A stretch of DNA of 64,000 bases from Verrucomicrobiaceae bacterium (GCA_051252135.1 JBPOGH010000010.1:128130-192129), one strand, 5' to 3'. Counted from the first letter of the stretch, positions 46,893 through 56,939 are shown. Notes: generated by a model from the sequence alone, not told the origin. Numbers and translations are program-made.

Positions 46893-46957
46893 CCTGGAGG
46901 AAGGGGAGCTGCCTGGTGAGCTAAGCGGCGAGGGCGCCGCGACTCCTTTTTTTGCCG

Positions 46958-48364
46958 TCAGGCGAGGAGTTCGGGGATGATTTTTCCGCCGAATTGGGAG
47001 AGTTGTTTGTAACGGCCGGCGTGGAAGTAGGTGAGCTTGTTGTCATCGAGGCCGAGGAGGTGGAGGAGGGTGCAGTGGAAGTCGCGGATGGGGTGGACGA
47101 CGTCGACGGCCTGGGCTCCGATGTCATCGGTGGCTCCGACGATGCCGGGTTTTACCCCGCCGCCGGCCATGAGCATGGTCATGGCGTCGGCATTGTGGCC
47201 GCGGCCGAGGGAGTAGACTCCGCCGCGCTTGTTGTTATCCGGGGTGCGGCCGAATTCGCCGGACCAGATGACGAGGGTGTCATCGAGCATGCCGCGTTGT
47301 TTGAGGTCGCGGATGAGGGCGGCGATGGGCTTGTCGACGCTGGCGATGCGGGAGGAGTGTCCGCGCTCGAGGTAGTCGTGGGAGTCCCAGCCGCCGGAGA
47401 AGATTTGGACGAAGCGGACTCCTTTTTCGACGAGGCGTCGGGCCATGAGGCACTGGCGGCCGAAGTCGTGGGTTTCCTTTTGATCCATGCCGTACATGTT
47501 ACGGATGTGTTCTGGTTCGTCATCGAGATCGACGACCTCGGGTACTTCCATTTGCATGCGGTAGGCGAGCTCGTAGGACTCCATGCGGGCGGCGAGATCA
47601 GCGTGTTCCGGGTGCTTGCGGGCGTGCTCGTCATTGAGCGCGGCGAGGGCATCGAGAGCGGCGCGCTGGTGGTCGCGGGATTTGTAGGGTTGGGACTCGA
47701 GGTCGAGAAGAGGGGAGCCGGTGGGGCGGAGGGCGGTGCCCTGGTAGAAGGCGGGGAGGAAGCCGTTGGACCAATTTTTGGAACCACCCTGGGGGAGGGC
47801 CATTTCGGTCATGACGACGTAGCCGGGGAGGTTTTGGTTTTCGGATCCGAGTCCGTAGGTGGCCCATGCGCCGAGGGCGGGGTCGGCACCGAGGCGGGAG
47901 CCGGTATTCATGTGGAAAAGGGCCTCGGGATGGTTGAGGGATTCGGCCTGGCAACCGCGGTAGTTGCAGAGTTCATCGGCGACGTAGGGATCGGCGAGGT
48001 GTTCCCATTGGTCGCACATTTCGATGCCGTTTTTGCCGACTTTTTTGAATCCGAAGGGGCTGCCGACGAAGAACTTAAATCCGGTCTCGAGGCCGCGATC
48101 GCTCTTGGACTCGGTTTTATGGAGTTCGGTGAGCTTGGGCTTGGGATCGAAGGTGTCCATGTGTCCGGGGCCGCCTTCCATGAAGAGCATGATGACGGCT
48201 TTGGCCTTGGGCTCGCCCATGGCGACTTTGGGGGCCATGGGGGCGACGTCTTTTGCGAGGAGGTCGGTCATGGCGATGGAGCCGATGGAAGCGCCGAGGC
48301 CGTAGAGGAACTCGCGACGCGAGTGGGAGTCGGAGAAGGGGCGGGAGCAGATGGGAGATTTCAT
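46958..48364 (-). CDS. DUF1501-family protein (Tat-exported)
   Basis: SRREFL; LFMEGGPGHMDTFDPKP; ARRLVEKGVRFVQ; WDSH; GEFGRTP. Confidence 0.93.
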   Translation of the reverse strand: MKSPICSRPFSDSHSRREFLYGLGASIGSIAMTDLLAKDVAPMAPKVAMGEPKAKAVIMLFMEGGPGHMDTFDPKPKLTELHKTESKSDRGLETGFKFFVGSPFGFKKVGKNGIEMCDQWEHLADPYVADELCNYRGCQAESLNHPEALFHMNTGSRLGADPALGAWATYGLGSENQNLPGYVVMTEMALPQGGSKNWSNGFLPAFYQGTALRPTGSPLLDLESQPYKSRDHQRAALDALAALNDEHARKHPEHADLAARMESYELAYRMQMEVPEVVDLDDEPEHIRNMYGMDQKETHDFGRQCLMARRLVEKGVRFVQIFSGGWDSHDYLERGHSSRIASVDKPIAALIRDLKQRGMLDDTLVIWSGEFGRTPDNNKRGGVYSLGRGHNADAMTMLMAGGGVKPGIVGATDDIGAQAVDVVHPIRDFHCTLLHLLGLDDNKLTYFHAGRYKQLSQFGGKIIPELLA

Positions 48365-48425
48365 AGCAAAAGTTTGAAGTTTGAAGTTTTCAGTTTGAAG
48401 TCGATGAGCCCGGAAGGTGGGAGGC

Positions 48426-51251
48426 TTAGTAGCTGTAGACGAATTCGTGGGAGTTGAAGAGGAGGAGGCAGAAGTCGGCGAGGGCCCGGGTTTCGGGGGA
48501 GACGTCGGCGGCCTGGGTGTCGGGGAGGTAGTCCTCGAAGACGGGGAGGATTTCCTGGTATTCGAAGGGTTGGCCGGAGAATTCCTCGACGAGGGAGCGG
48601 GTGATCTCGGTGGGATACTTGCGGCGTTTGGGGGTTTTGTCGGCGTGGTAGCCTTGCATCTCGGTGATGTAGGCGGTCATTTTTCCGAGCTCGTCATCGG
48701 TGGCGTTGCGACTAAAGACGAGGTGGAAGGCGCGCTGGATTTGTTCGGGGAGGGTGTCGGCTTCTTTTTCGAGACGAAGGGCGAAGGCGATGGAGCGGTC
48801 GGTAACGAGGTCACTGTTGAGCAAGGTGAAGGCCTGGGGTGAGACCGAGGCGGCATCGCGATCTTCACAGGAGTCGTTTGGATTCGGCTGGTTGAAGGTA
48901 TCGAGGAAGGGGTCGGCGAGGCCCCGGACGCGGTAGGCGTAGATGGAGCGGCGGTTGCGTTCTTCGGGAGTGCGTGAGGGGAGGTAGGTGGGCGCGATGG
49001 AGAACTGGATCATGCGCGGCTGGAGGGCCACTTCCATGTTCATCTCGGGCCGGATGGGGAGGCCTCCGCCCTTGGTGACGATCTCGCCGGTGATGTGGAG
49101 CATGCCGTCACGGAGTTCCTCGGCGGTGAGGCGGCGGTTGGGGAAGAAGGCGAAGAGATCGTTATTTGGATCCTCCTCGGCGAGCTTGTAGCGGGCGGGG
49201 TGTGCGCCGGACTGCAGGTAGGTGTCGGAGGTCATGATCATGTGGTGGAGGCGTTTCATTTTCCATCCGTTGTCGACGAAGTCCGAGGCGAGCCAGTCGA
49301 GGAGATCGGGGTGGGTGGGTTTGGCTCCCTTGACGCCGAAGTTGTTTGGGTTGCCGGCGATGGGCTTGCCGAAATGGTATTGCCAGAGGCGATTGACGAT
49401 GGAGCGTGCGGTGAGGGGGTTTTGGGGGTGGGCGATCCATTTCGCGAGGGCGAGGCGGCGACCGTTTACGTCATCGGAGATTTGGTAGGGGTCTTCAGTG
49501 GTGGCCTGCTCCGTGGGGACGCCGAGGGCGCTGAGGACTCCGGGGGTGACTTTTTCACCACGGGCTTCGAGGGCGCCGCCGGTGAGGATGAAGGATTCGG
49601 TTTTCCGGGGATTGGTGTCCTTGGCGTTGATGCGGAGTTTGCGGGCGTTGAGGAATTTGGGCTCGGTGCCGTTGTAGACGGATTGGACGAAGGGCTTGAA
49701 GCGCTCGTGGCGGCGTTCCCAGATCCAGTCGTCCTGCTCACGGACCTTGAGTTGGCCTTTTTCGGTCTCATCGAGGCCGACGTGGCGGGGTGGTTTTTCG
49801 TCGTCGGGGAGGTCGTTACGGCCCTTGAGGTCGACGTATTCGCGGTTGTTTTCGGCGTACCATTTTTTGGCTTCTTCCTCGACCTTGTTCTGGAGGCGGG
49901 TGGCTTCTCCGTGGGCGAAGTTGTAGAGGCGCTGGACCTGGGCTTTTTCTTCTTCGAAGCGTTCTTTGCTTTCGGAGGGGAGGAAGGAGGCGGGGCGCTC
50001 GGCGAGCTGGGTGTTGGCGAAGACGGAATACATGCGGTAGTAGTCCTTGGTGGGGAGGGGATCGAACTTGTGATCGTGGCACTTGAAGCAGCGCATGGTG
50101 GTGGAGAGGAAGGTTTGTCCGACGGCATTGACGACGTCATCGAGGTATTGCTGGCGGGCTTCCTCGACTTTGACCATGGCGGGGTCCCAGGGGCCCATGC
50201 GAAGGAAGGAGCTGGCGATGAGCTGCTCGGATTCTTTTTCGGAGTAGTGGCCCTTGAGGCGGAGTTCGTGGAATTTTTTGTCATCGCCGACGCGTTGGCG
50301 GAGTGATTCGTCGGCGAGTTCATCTCCGGCGATTTGTTCCATGACGAACTCGTTGTAGGGTTTGTCGTTGTTGAGTGAGCGGATGACGTAGTCCCGGTAG
50401 CGCCACATGTTGGAGCGTTCGAAGTCATTGGAGAGGCCTCCGGTGTCTGCGTAGCGGGCGACATCGAGCCAGTGTTGGGCCCAGCGCTCGCCGTAGTGAG
50501 GGGAGTCGAGGAGGCGGGTGATGAGTTGGTCCCAGGCTTTGTCGAAATCCTGTTCGGCAGCGGTGATGAATTGGTGGACCTCGGTGGGGGTGGGGGGAAG
50601 TCCGATGAGGTCGTATGAAGCGCGACGAATGAGGGTGCGGAAGTCGGCGCGGGGTGCGGGGTCGTGCTTTGCTTCGGCGAGCTTGGCCTTGATGAAGGCG
50701 TCGATGGGCTTGGGGTCGATGGCAGGCGGGGTGGGCTTGCGCATGGGCTGGAAGGCCCAGATGTCCTCAGGTTTGTAACGGCGATAGGTCCATTCATCGG
50801 AGGTGCCGCCGGAGGTGTCGACGATGGCTCCTTCGTCGGTGATTTTTTTGCTGCGTTCGGCGAGGCGGATGGCGGCCTGGGTATCCTGATCGGGCCAGGG
50901 GGCGCCGTTTTTGATCCACGTTTCGATGTGGGCGATTTGCTCTTCGTGGAGGCGGTCGTTTTCCTTGGGAGGCATTTCGTAGTCCTCGTCCTCCCATTTG
51001 ATGACGGTCATGAGGAAGGATTTGGAGGGGTCGCCGGGGATAAGGAGGTTGTCGATGGACTCACCGCCTTTGAGGTATCCTTCGCGGGAGAGGAGGTTGA
51101 GTTCGCCATCGATGTCATCGGGGTCTTCACCATGGCAGGCGGCACATTTTGAGGTCAAAATGGGGAGGGCGTGCAGGGTGGCGTGCTCGTCCGGAGTGAG
51201 CTTGGCGGAGGCCTGGGAGGCGATGAGGAGGAGAGGAAGGAGGCGTTTCAT
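48426..51251 (-). CDS. PSD1 (DUF1553) / DUF1549 protein with planctomycete-type cytochrome c domains
   Basis: CAACH; YGERWAQHWLDVARYADT; CFKCHDHKFDP; PTHPDLLDWLA; RRLTAEELRD; PQAFTLLN. Confidence 0.93.
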   Translation of the reverse strand: MKRLLPLLLIASQASAKLTPDEHATLHALPILTSKCAACHGEDPDDIDGELNLLSREGYLKGGESIDNLLIPGDPSKSFLMTVIKWEDEDYEMPPKENDRLHEEQIAHIETWIKNGAPWPDQDTQAAIRLAERSKKITDEGAIVDTSGGTSDEWTYRRYKPEDIWAFQPMRKPTPPAIDPKPIDAFIKAKLAEAKHDPAPRADFRTLIRRASYDLIGLPPTPTEVHQFITAAEQDFDKAWDQLITRLLDSPHYGERWAQHWLDVARYADTGGLSNDFERSNMWRYRDYVIRSLNNDKPYNEFVMEQIAGDELADESLRQRVGDDKKFHELRLKGHYSEKESEQLIASSFLRMGPWDPAMVKVEEARQQYLDDVVNAVGQTFLSTTMRCFKCHDHKFDPLPTKDYYRMYSVFANTQLAERPASFLPSESKERFEEEKAQVQRLYNFAHGEATRLQNKVEEEAKKWYAENNREYVDLKGRNDLPDDEKPPRHVGLDETEKGQLKVREQDDWIWERRHERFKPFVQSVYNGTEPKFLNARKLRINAKDTNPRKTESFILTGGALEARGEKVTPGVLSALGVPTEQATTEDPYQISDDVNGRRLALAKWIAHPQNPLTARSIVNRLWQYHFGKPIAGNPNNFGVKGAKPTHPDLLDWLASDFVDNGWKMKRLHHMIMTSDTYLQSGAHPARYKLAEEDPNNDLFAFFPNRRLTAEELRDGMLHITGEIVTKGGGLPIRPEMNMEVALQPRMIQFSIAPTYLPSRTPEERNRRSIYAYRVRGLADPFLDTFNQPNPNDSCEDRDAASVSPQAFTLLNSDLVTDRSIAFALRLEKEADTLPEQIQRAFHLVFSRNATDDELGKMTAYITEMQGYHADKTPKRRKYPTEITRSLVEEFSGQPFEYQEILPVFEDYLPDTQAADVSPETRALADFCLLLFNSHEFVYSY

Positions 51252-52816
51252 GGTTTACCGGATTGGTAGAGTGATTGGACTTGGGAAGGGGAGAGAGCGG
51301 TGGAGAAGATGGCGAATTCGTCGAGGCGGCCGTTGAGGTTACGGACGGCGAAGCCGGGGTCGTTTTTGGTGGGGAGTCCCCAGTTGCCGATCTGGGCGTT
51401 GCCGATGCGGATGGCGGGGACGGCTTTGTCGGCGGGGGCTTGTTCGCGGCTGATCTCGGAGCCATTCAAATAATGGACGGTGGTGCGTGAGGGGGCGTCG
51501 AAGGTGGTGACGAGGTGGAGCCACTGTTCGCTGGCGGCGTGATTCCAGAGGGATGGGGAGAGGTTGATGTGGTGGAGTTTGTCCCCGCCAAGACGGACGG
51601 AGAAGAAGAGTTCGCCCCCGGAAGTGAGCTGCCAGTGGGGTTCGCCTTCCTCGTAGTTATCGGTGAGGAAGAGGGCGTTGAATTGGCGGTCGAGGCTATC
51701 GATGCGGGCCCAGGTGGAGAAGGTGATTTGCTGGAATTCGCCGGGGATGGTGACGCGGACGCGGGAGCCGTTGGGGGAGAAGTCGAGGGCGTCTTTTCCG
51801 GGCCAGCGGCCGGGGACTTTTTCGGCGGCGACGATGGAGCCGGGTGCGAGGTCGGGGTTGGAGGGGAGGAGGAGGCGGCCCCAGGGGGAGGGTTGGTCGA
51901 AGGGGAAGTAGGCGACGAGGTGGGGGTGTTGGCTGAGGAGGCTGGAGGAGGCTTTCCAGGCGGTGAGGCGGTCTTGCTGGTGGGTGGCGAACTCTTGGGC
52001 GAGTTGGACGGGGCTGGTGAAGCGGGTGGGGTCTGCGAGGATTGTTTTGGTGTGGGTGCCGGAGAGGTGGAGACCTTGCCCGCCAGTGAGGAGGGATTCG
52101 TGGGCGTTGTGCGGGTGCCATTCGACTTCGCCGTCGAAGACGTGGAGTTCGCATTGGTCTTTGTTGAGATCGAGGGCGAACTCGGTGCCGAGATCGAGGA
52201 CGGTGCCGTGGGGGGTGTGGATTTGGAAACCGATGGCGTGGGAGGGGACGTGGGCGCGGAGTTTTCCGGAGGAGAGGGACATTTCCTCGGAGGATTGGAT
52301 CTCGAAGCGGGTGTCGCCCTCGACGACGAGTGAGACGCCGCTGAGGAATTCGATTTGGACGAGTCCGGACTTGAGGTGGAAGGAGTCACCGGAGAGGAAG
52401 TCGCCACGGGTGGGAGCGGTGGAAGAGCTCCAATCGGCATCGACGGTGCGGGTGAGGACGGCGAATCCGGTGTCGTGGAGTTCGGCAGGAGAATCGGCGG
52501 AGGGGGAAACGGGTTGGTCGTGGCCTTTGATGGAGACGATGGCGAAGGCGATGGCGGCTGCGGCAGCGAGCCAGGGGAGGGCGGGTACGATTCGGGAGGC
52601 GAGGCCCGGGCCTGATGGGGCGGAGAGCTCCACGTGAGTGGGGAAGGTGCCGGATTGGTAGCCGGACACGAGGGCGTGATTGAGTCCGGCGATGCGGGCG
52701 AATTGCGCTGCGGCATCGGGCTCGTTTTTGATCCGAAGGTTGAGTTCATGACCTTCCTCGGCGGTGAGGGCGCCATCGAGGTGGCGGTGAATGAGATCTT
52801 CCGTGCCGGTATTCAT
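51248..52816 (-). CDS. FecR-domain anti-sigma factor with a C-terminal LamG-like domain
   Basis: VLDLGTEF; LHVFDGEV; GRWPGK; LNGRLDEFAIF. Confidence 0.88.
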   Translation of the reverse strand: MNTGTEDLIHRHLDGALTAEEGHELNLRIKNEPDAAAQFARIAGLNHALVSGYQSGTFPTHVELSAPSGPGLASRIVPALPWLAAAAAIAFAIVSIKGHDQPVSPSADSPAELHDTGFAVLTRTVDADWSSSTAPTRGDFLSGDSFHLKSGLVQIEFLSGVSLVVEGDTRFEIQSSEEMSLSSGKLRAHVPSHAIGFQIHTPHGTVLDLGTEFALDLNKDQCELHVFDGEVEWHPHNAHESLLTGGQGLHLSGTHTKTILADPTRFTSPVQLAQEFATHQQDRLTAWKASSSLLSQHPHLVAYFPFDQPSPWGRLLLPSNPDLAPGSIVAAEKVPGRWPGKDALDFSPNGSRVRVTIPGEFQQITFSTWARIDSLDRQFNALFLTDNYEEGEPHWQLTSGGELFFSVRLGGDKLHHINLSPSLWNHAASEQWLHLVTTFDAPSRTTVHYLNGSEISREQAPADKAVPAIRIGNAQIGNWGLPTKNDPGFAVRNLNGRLDEFAIFSTALSPSQVQSLYQSGKP

Positions 52817-53328
52817 GAGGTGGCACGGGTTGAGGTTTCGATGCAGTGGCGGAGTTTCTCGCGGATGCGCTGGAGGGCTTTGGCTACGGCATTTGGGTTC
52901 ATGCCGATTTGTTCGGCGATGGCGGCGGGCTTGAGATTGTGGAAGTAGCGGTATTCGCAGAGTTCGCGGGCGCGGTCATCGAGTTGGCCAATGCAGGATT
53001 CGAGTTGGGCGAATTGTTCCTGCTCGTTGGGTTGTGGTTTGGCGAAGGCCTGGACGAGGGCGTCGAGGGCGTCGTCATCGAAGATATGCGGGTCGTTTGA
53101 TTTCCGGCGGAGGTAGAGGCGGACCTGGTTGCGGGCGACTCCGATGGCCCAGGCAGCGAAGGGGCGGTCGGAATCATAGCGCGCGAAGGAGGTCATGGCG
53201 GCGACGGCGCAGTCCTGAAGGACGTCGTCGCGGTCGTGAACATCGTAGACCATTGACGCGACGAAGGCGGCGACCTTGGGGAAGGCGCCGGTCCAGAGTC
53301 GGGTAAATTGGGCGTCGGACGGACTCAT
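52813..53328 (-). CDS. ECF RNA polymerase sigma factor (Rhodopirellula/Verrucomicrobium type)
   Basis: DDVLQD; PFAAWAIGVARN; KALQRIREKLRHCIE. Confidence 0.92.
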   Translation of the reverse strand: MSPSDAQFTRLWTGAFPKVAAFVASMVYDVHDRDDVLQDCAVAAMTSFARYDSDRPFAAWAIGVARNQVRLYLRRKSNDPHIFDDDALDALVQAFAKPQPNEQEQFAQLESCIGQLDDRARELCEYRYFHNLKPAAIAEQIGMNPNAVAKALQRIREKLRHCIETSTRATS

Positions 53329-53432
53329 TGCTTACCTTAACTTAACGAGGGAGGGCTTTTTATGACCAAAAAAGTGAGAAAAAATGTCTGACACCCTTGT
53401 TTTGGGGGAAATGGTGCCCGATAAGCAGGCCT

Positions 53433-54626
53433 GTGAGGCGTATTTTGGTCATTGGTGGCGGTCCGGCGGGATTGCGTGCGGCGGAGGTGGCATCGGCTGC
53501 GGGATGTGAGGTGACGTTGTGTGAGCAGAAGCGGTCGGTGGGGCGGAAGTTTCTCATTGCGGGGAAGGGTGGGTTGAATCTGACGCACTCGGAGGAGCTG
53601 GAGACCTTTGTGACGCGTTATCGTGGGCCGGGGCAGCCGGAGGACTTTTGGGGTCGGGCGTTGGAGGAATTTGATAATAAGGCAATCCGGGCGTGGGCGG
53701 CACGGATGGATGTGGGGACCTTTGTGCAGAAATCGGGGCGGGTTTATCCGAAGGCGTTGAAGGCGGCTCCGTTGCTGCGGCGTTTGGTGGAGCGGTTGCG
53801 GGAGCAGGGGGTGGCGATGCGGATGAATCACCGGTTGGTGCGGCTGGAGAAGGGGGAGGGGCATCGGGCGACCTTTGAGACGCCGGAGGGTGAGGTTGTT
53901 TTGGAAGCGGACGCGGTGATTTTGGCACTTGGTGGCGGTTCGTGGCCGCAGACGGGATCGGATGGTGCTTGGGTGGAGGTGCTTGGGAGGATGGGAGTGG
54001 AGGTGGCTCCGCTGGCGGCGGCGAACTGCGGGTGGGAGGCGGATTGGCCGGAGGAATTGCGGGGGAAGGTTGAGGGGCAGCCGTTGAAGAATGTGATTGT
54101 GAAGGCGGGAGGCGAGGAGGCACCGGGAGAGTTGATGGTGACGCGCTATGGGCTGGAGGGCGGGCCGATGTATCAGCTGGGGCCGGTGTTGCGGGCGATG
54201 GAGTTTCCGAAGGTGACGATTGATTTGAAGCCGTCGTTTACGGAGGAGAAGCTGGTGGCGAAGATGGAGTCGGCGAAGCGGAATTTTTTGGAGGAGTCGG
54301 CGGTGCGGTGGAAGCTGCCGGAGGTGGCGCGGGACTTGTTAGAGCATCTTCACGGGCCGTTTGGGTCGGCGGAAGATTTGGCGCGGTGTACGAAAAATTT
54401 CGAAATTGCGCTGACGGAGGCGCGGCCTTTGGAAGAGGCGATCTCGTCGGCCGGAGGGGTGAAATGGGGTGAGCTGGATGAGCAGCTGATGGTGAGGGCG
54501 GTGCCGGGGCTTTTTGTAGCGGGCGAGATGATCGACTGGGAAGCGCCGACGGGGGGGTATCTTTTGCAGGGGTGCTTTGCTTCCGGGACGATGGTAGGAG
54601 AGGCAGCTGTTAGCTTTTTGGCTTAG
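53433..54626 (+). CDS. NAD(P)/FAD-dependent oxidoreductase, HI0933/BaiN-like flavoprotein
   Basis: VIGGGPAG; GRKFLIAGKGGLNLT; AISSAGGV; GEMIDWEAPTGGYLLQ. Confidence 0.9.
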   Translation: MRRILVIGGGPAGLRAAEVASAAGCEVTLCEQKRSVGRKFLIAGKGGLNLTHSEELETFVTRYRGPGQPEDFWGRALEEFDNKAIRAWAARMDVGTFVQKSGRVYPKALKAAPLLRRLVERLREQGVAMRMNHRLVRLEKGEGHRATFETPEGEVVLEADAVILALGGGSWPQTGSDGAWVEVLGRMGVEVAPLAAANCGWEADWPEELRGKVEGQPLKNVIVKAGGEEAPGELMVTRYGLEGGPMYQLGPVLRAMEFPKVTIDLKPSFTEEKLVAKMESAKRNFLEESAVRWKLPEVARDLLEHLHGPFGSAEDLARCTKNFEIALTEARPLEEAISSAGGVKWGELDEQLMVRAVPGLFVAGEMIDWEAPTGGYLLQGCFASGTMVGEAAVSFLA

Positions 54627-54903
54627 AGGAGCGAATGCCTTTTTTGGAGAGGATTTCGACGTAGACGGCTTCGGGAGATGAGGAGGCGGCGGTGTCGATG
54701 GCGGTGCTGAGCTCGTTGACGTGGCAGGAGGCGGCGGAGGCTTCATCGGTGCCGACGCGGCAGTCGAAGTCCCAGAAGTCGACGCCCTCGGGGAGTTCCT
54801 TGCGGCGTTCGCGTTTGAGGTATTTGTTGAGTTCGGCCTTGATGGAATCGAGAACGCGGGCGGGTGCGTGGTTGCCGGATTTGGTGGGAAAGAGTTTTTT
54901 CAT
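54610..54903 (-). CDS. Small conserved protein (DUF6172-like)
   Basis: KYLKRERRKELPEGVDFWDFDC; YVEIL. Confidence 0.7.
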   Translation of the reverse strand: MKKLFPTKSGNHAPARVLDSIKAELNKYLKRERRKELPEGVDFWDFDCRVGTDEASAASCHVNELSTAIDTAASSSPEAVYVEILSKKGIRSSKPKS

Positions 54904-55025
54904 GGGCGGGTTGTGACTTGGATGAGGGGGATTGTCCCGTTTAATTGCTTCGATGCGAGGACGGGTTTTGTTTTGAGTCGGTGAGGGAACCGGTGTTAGA
55001 TGGGGACTGAACGGGATTTTCCCCT

Positions 55026-55391
55026 ATGTCAGAACACCATCACCATCACCACCACGGCTGCGCGTCCGATTCGTGGTTTTGGCTTCGGATCATTTCTTTT
55101 CTGTGGATTGGGGTGGGGCTGGTATTGTGCGGGTTTGCGGGAGTGGTGTTATTTGAGATGTATGAATTTGCGAACCGGTCGGTTCACTGGCCGGTGTGGG
55201 CTTATCTGGCGCTGGTCATCTCGCTGCCGTTGTTTGTGGTGCCGGTGGGGATTTTTGCGAGGGCGCTGTGGGCTTATTATGCGACGATGCTTCTCTCGAT
55301 GGTGATGATGCTGTTGTTTCCGATCGGGACGGTTTTGGGGTATTTTACGATCAAGGCGCTCTTTGGATCGAAGGAGGACTTTGGGGTGTAG
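55026..55391 (+). CDS. Small membrane protein with an N-terminal His7-Gly-Cys tract
   Basis: MSEHHHHHHHGC; 3-4 hydrophobic segments; FPIGTVLG. Confidence 0.75.
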   Translation: MSEHHHHHHHGCASDSWFWLRIISFLWIGVGLVLCGFAGVVLFEMYEFANRSVHWPVWAYLALVISLPLFVVPVGIFARALWAYYATMLLSMVMMLLFPIGTVLGYFTIKALFGSKEDFGV

Positions 55392-55406
55392 ACAGCCACT
55401 TGGTCC

Positions 55407-56939
55407 TTAGTTTGTGTCGTTTCTGAGGAGGGTGAGGGACCATTGCTTGTTGATAGCGGTGCGGGCGCGTCTTTCCTCATCGAAGGGCATTTCCTGGGGG
55501 AGCATGGGGAATCCGCCGAGGAGGAGGTCGGGGTCTCCGTCGGCGTCAATATCGAGTGACTTGAGGGAGAGGTAGGGGGCTTGGGAGGCGACGGGGAGGC
55601 GTTCGAGATTGAAGACGAAGGGATCGGCCTGGAGGGCGATGATGGCTCCGGCGGGGTGATCGATTCTCCAGTCGACGAAATTGGCGACGGCGGCGAGGTC
55701 GGGTTTTCCGTCGAGATTGAAGTCGGCGATTTCGAGAGCGGTGGCTCCGGGGAGGGGGATGAAGGATTTGGGTTCGAAGGTGCCGTTTCCTTTTCCCTGG
55801 TAGAGATGGATGCCGTGGTAGCGGCGGATGGGGGGATCGGGGATTTCGAGGTTGTTGCCGGAGAAGGTGGCGATGTCGATGTTTCCGTCGTTATCGAAAT
55901 CGGCGATTTGGAATCCGGTGTATCCCTGGCTGGGATTTTTTTGCCAGAGGAGTTTTTGTTCGGGGTAGTTGCCCGAGCCGTCGTTGAGGAAGGACCACAT
56001 TTGTTGGGTGCCCTGGGAGAAGAGGGCGAGGATGTCTTCGTCGCCATCGTGATCGAGGTCGACAGGGTGGGCATCGACGCAACCGCGGAGGGGGAGGAGG
56101 GTTTTGGGGTTTTGGCCGGAGGTGTCGATGAGGCGGAGGTCACCGGGGCCGCCATCGCCAAAGCAGCTGAGGATGAAGCGGGCGGGTTGATCGCCGCAGG
56201 GTGCCAAGAGTCGAGCCCGTGCGGTGCGGGGGAAGCCGGAGGCGATGATGGGTTTGTCGCGGTTGGTGTCTCCCATCATTTGGAGGTGGCCTTCATTTCC
56301 GGGACCGAAGAGGTGTCCGATCTGGACGAGGCCGGTTCTTCCGTCGAGTTCGAAGAAGTCGACTGTTTCGGTAGCGAAGGGTCCGCGGCGTCCCTGATAG
56401 CTGCCTTCGTGATTGAGGAGGATGATTTCCTTGGAGGTGGCGTTGGCGGCGATGATGGTGTCGGATGGTCCGGCGAGGGTTCCGATGGCGGTGATGATTT
56501 GATTGGATTCGACGGAGGAGAACTTTTCGCCGGGCTGGAAGAGTGGGGAAGGGGTGGCGAAGGAGCGGTAGACTTCGGACGGGGTGGGTTCCGGTTGGGA
56601 GTTGGAGAGGAAGTGTTCCCGGAGAGTTTGCCATTGTCCGGGTGACATCAGGGGGGTGGTGACGACGAGATCGGGAAGGAGGTGGGGGAGTTTGGAGGGG
56701 TCTTCCGATGATTGTGCCATGCCGACGTAGTGGGCCATCCATCCGAGGACGTGTTGCCACTGTTCTTTGGGAAGGTCCTGAGGGGTGGGTTGGAGGTGGC
56801 AACGGGTGCAGTGGGTGGCGGCGAGGAGGTTGCCATCCGGGGAGTCCGGTGGAGAAGTGGATTCCTTTTGCGCTGCGGGGCGGCAGGAAGGCAGGGCCAG
56901 CAATGCGAGCAAGAGGGGGAGTTTGGAAAAGGAAGGCAT
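55407..56939 (-). CDS. Lipoprotein with an N-terminal monoheme cytochrome c motif and FG-GAP/VCBS repeats
   Basis: Lipobox LPSC; CTRCH; DLDHDGDED, DFDNDGNID, DFNLDGKPD, DIDADGDPD. Confidence 0.85.
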   Translation of the reverse strand: MPSFSKLPLLLALLALPSCRPAAQKESTSPPDSPDGNLLAATHCTRCHLQPTPQDLPKEQWQHVLGWMAHYVGMAQSSEDPSKLPHLLPDLVVTTPLMSPGQWQTLREHFLSNSQPEPTPSEVYRSFATPSPLFQPGEKFSSVESNQIITAIGTLAGPSDTIIAANATSKEIILLNHEGSYQGRRGPFATETVDFFELDGRTGLVQIGHLFGPGNEGHLQMMGDTNRDKPIIASGFPRTARARLLAPCGDQPARFILSCFGDGGPGDLRLIDTSGQNPKTLLPLRGCVDAHPVDLDHDGDEDILALFSQGTQQMWSFLNDGSGNYPEQKLLWQKNPSQGYTGFQIADFDNDGNIDIATFSGNNLEIPDPPIRRYHGIHLYQGKGNGTFEPKSFIPLPGATALEIADFNLDGKPDLAAVANFVDWRIDHPAGAIIALQADPFVFNLERLPVASQAPYLSLKSLDIDADGDPDLLLGGFPMLPQEMPFDEERRARTAINKQWSLTLLRNDTN

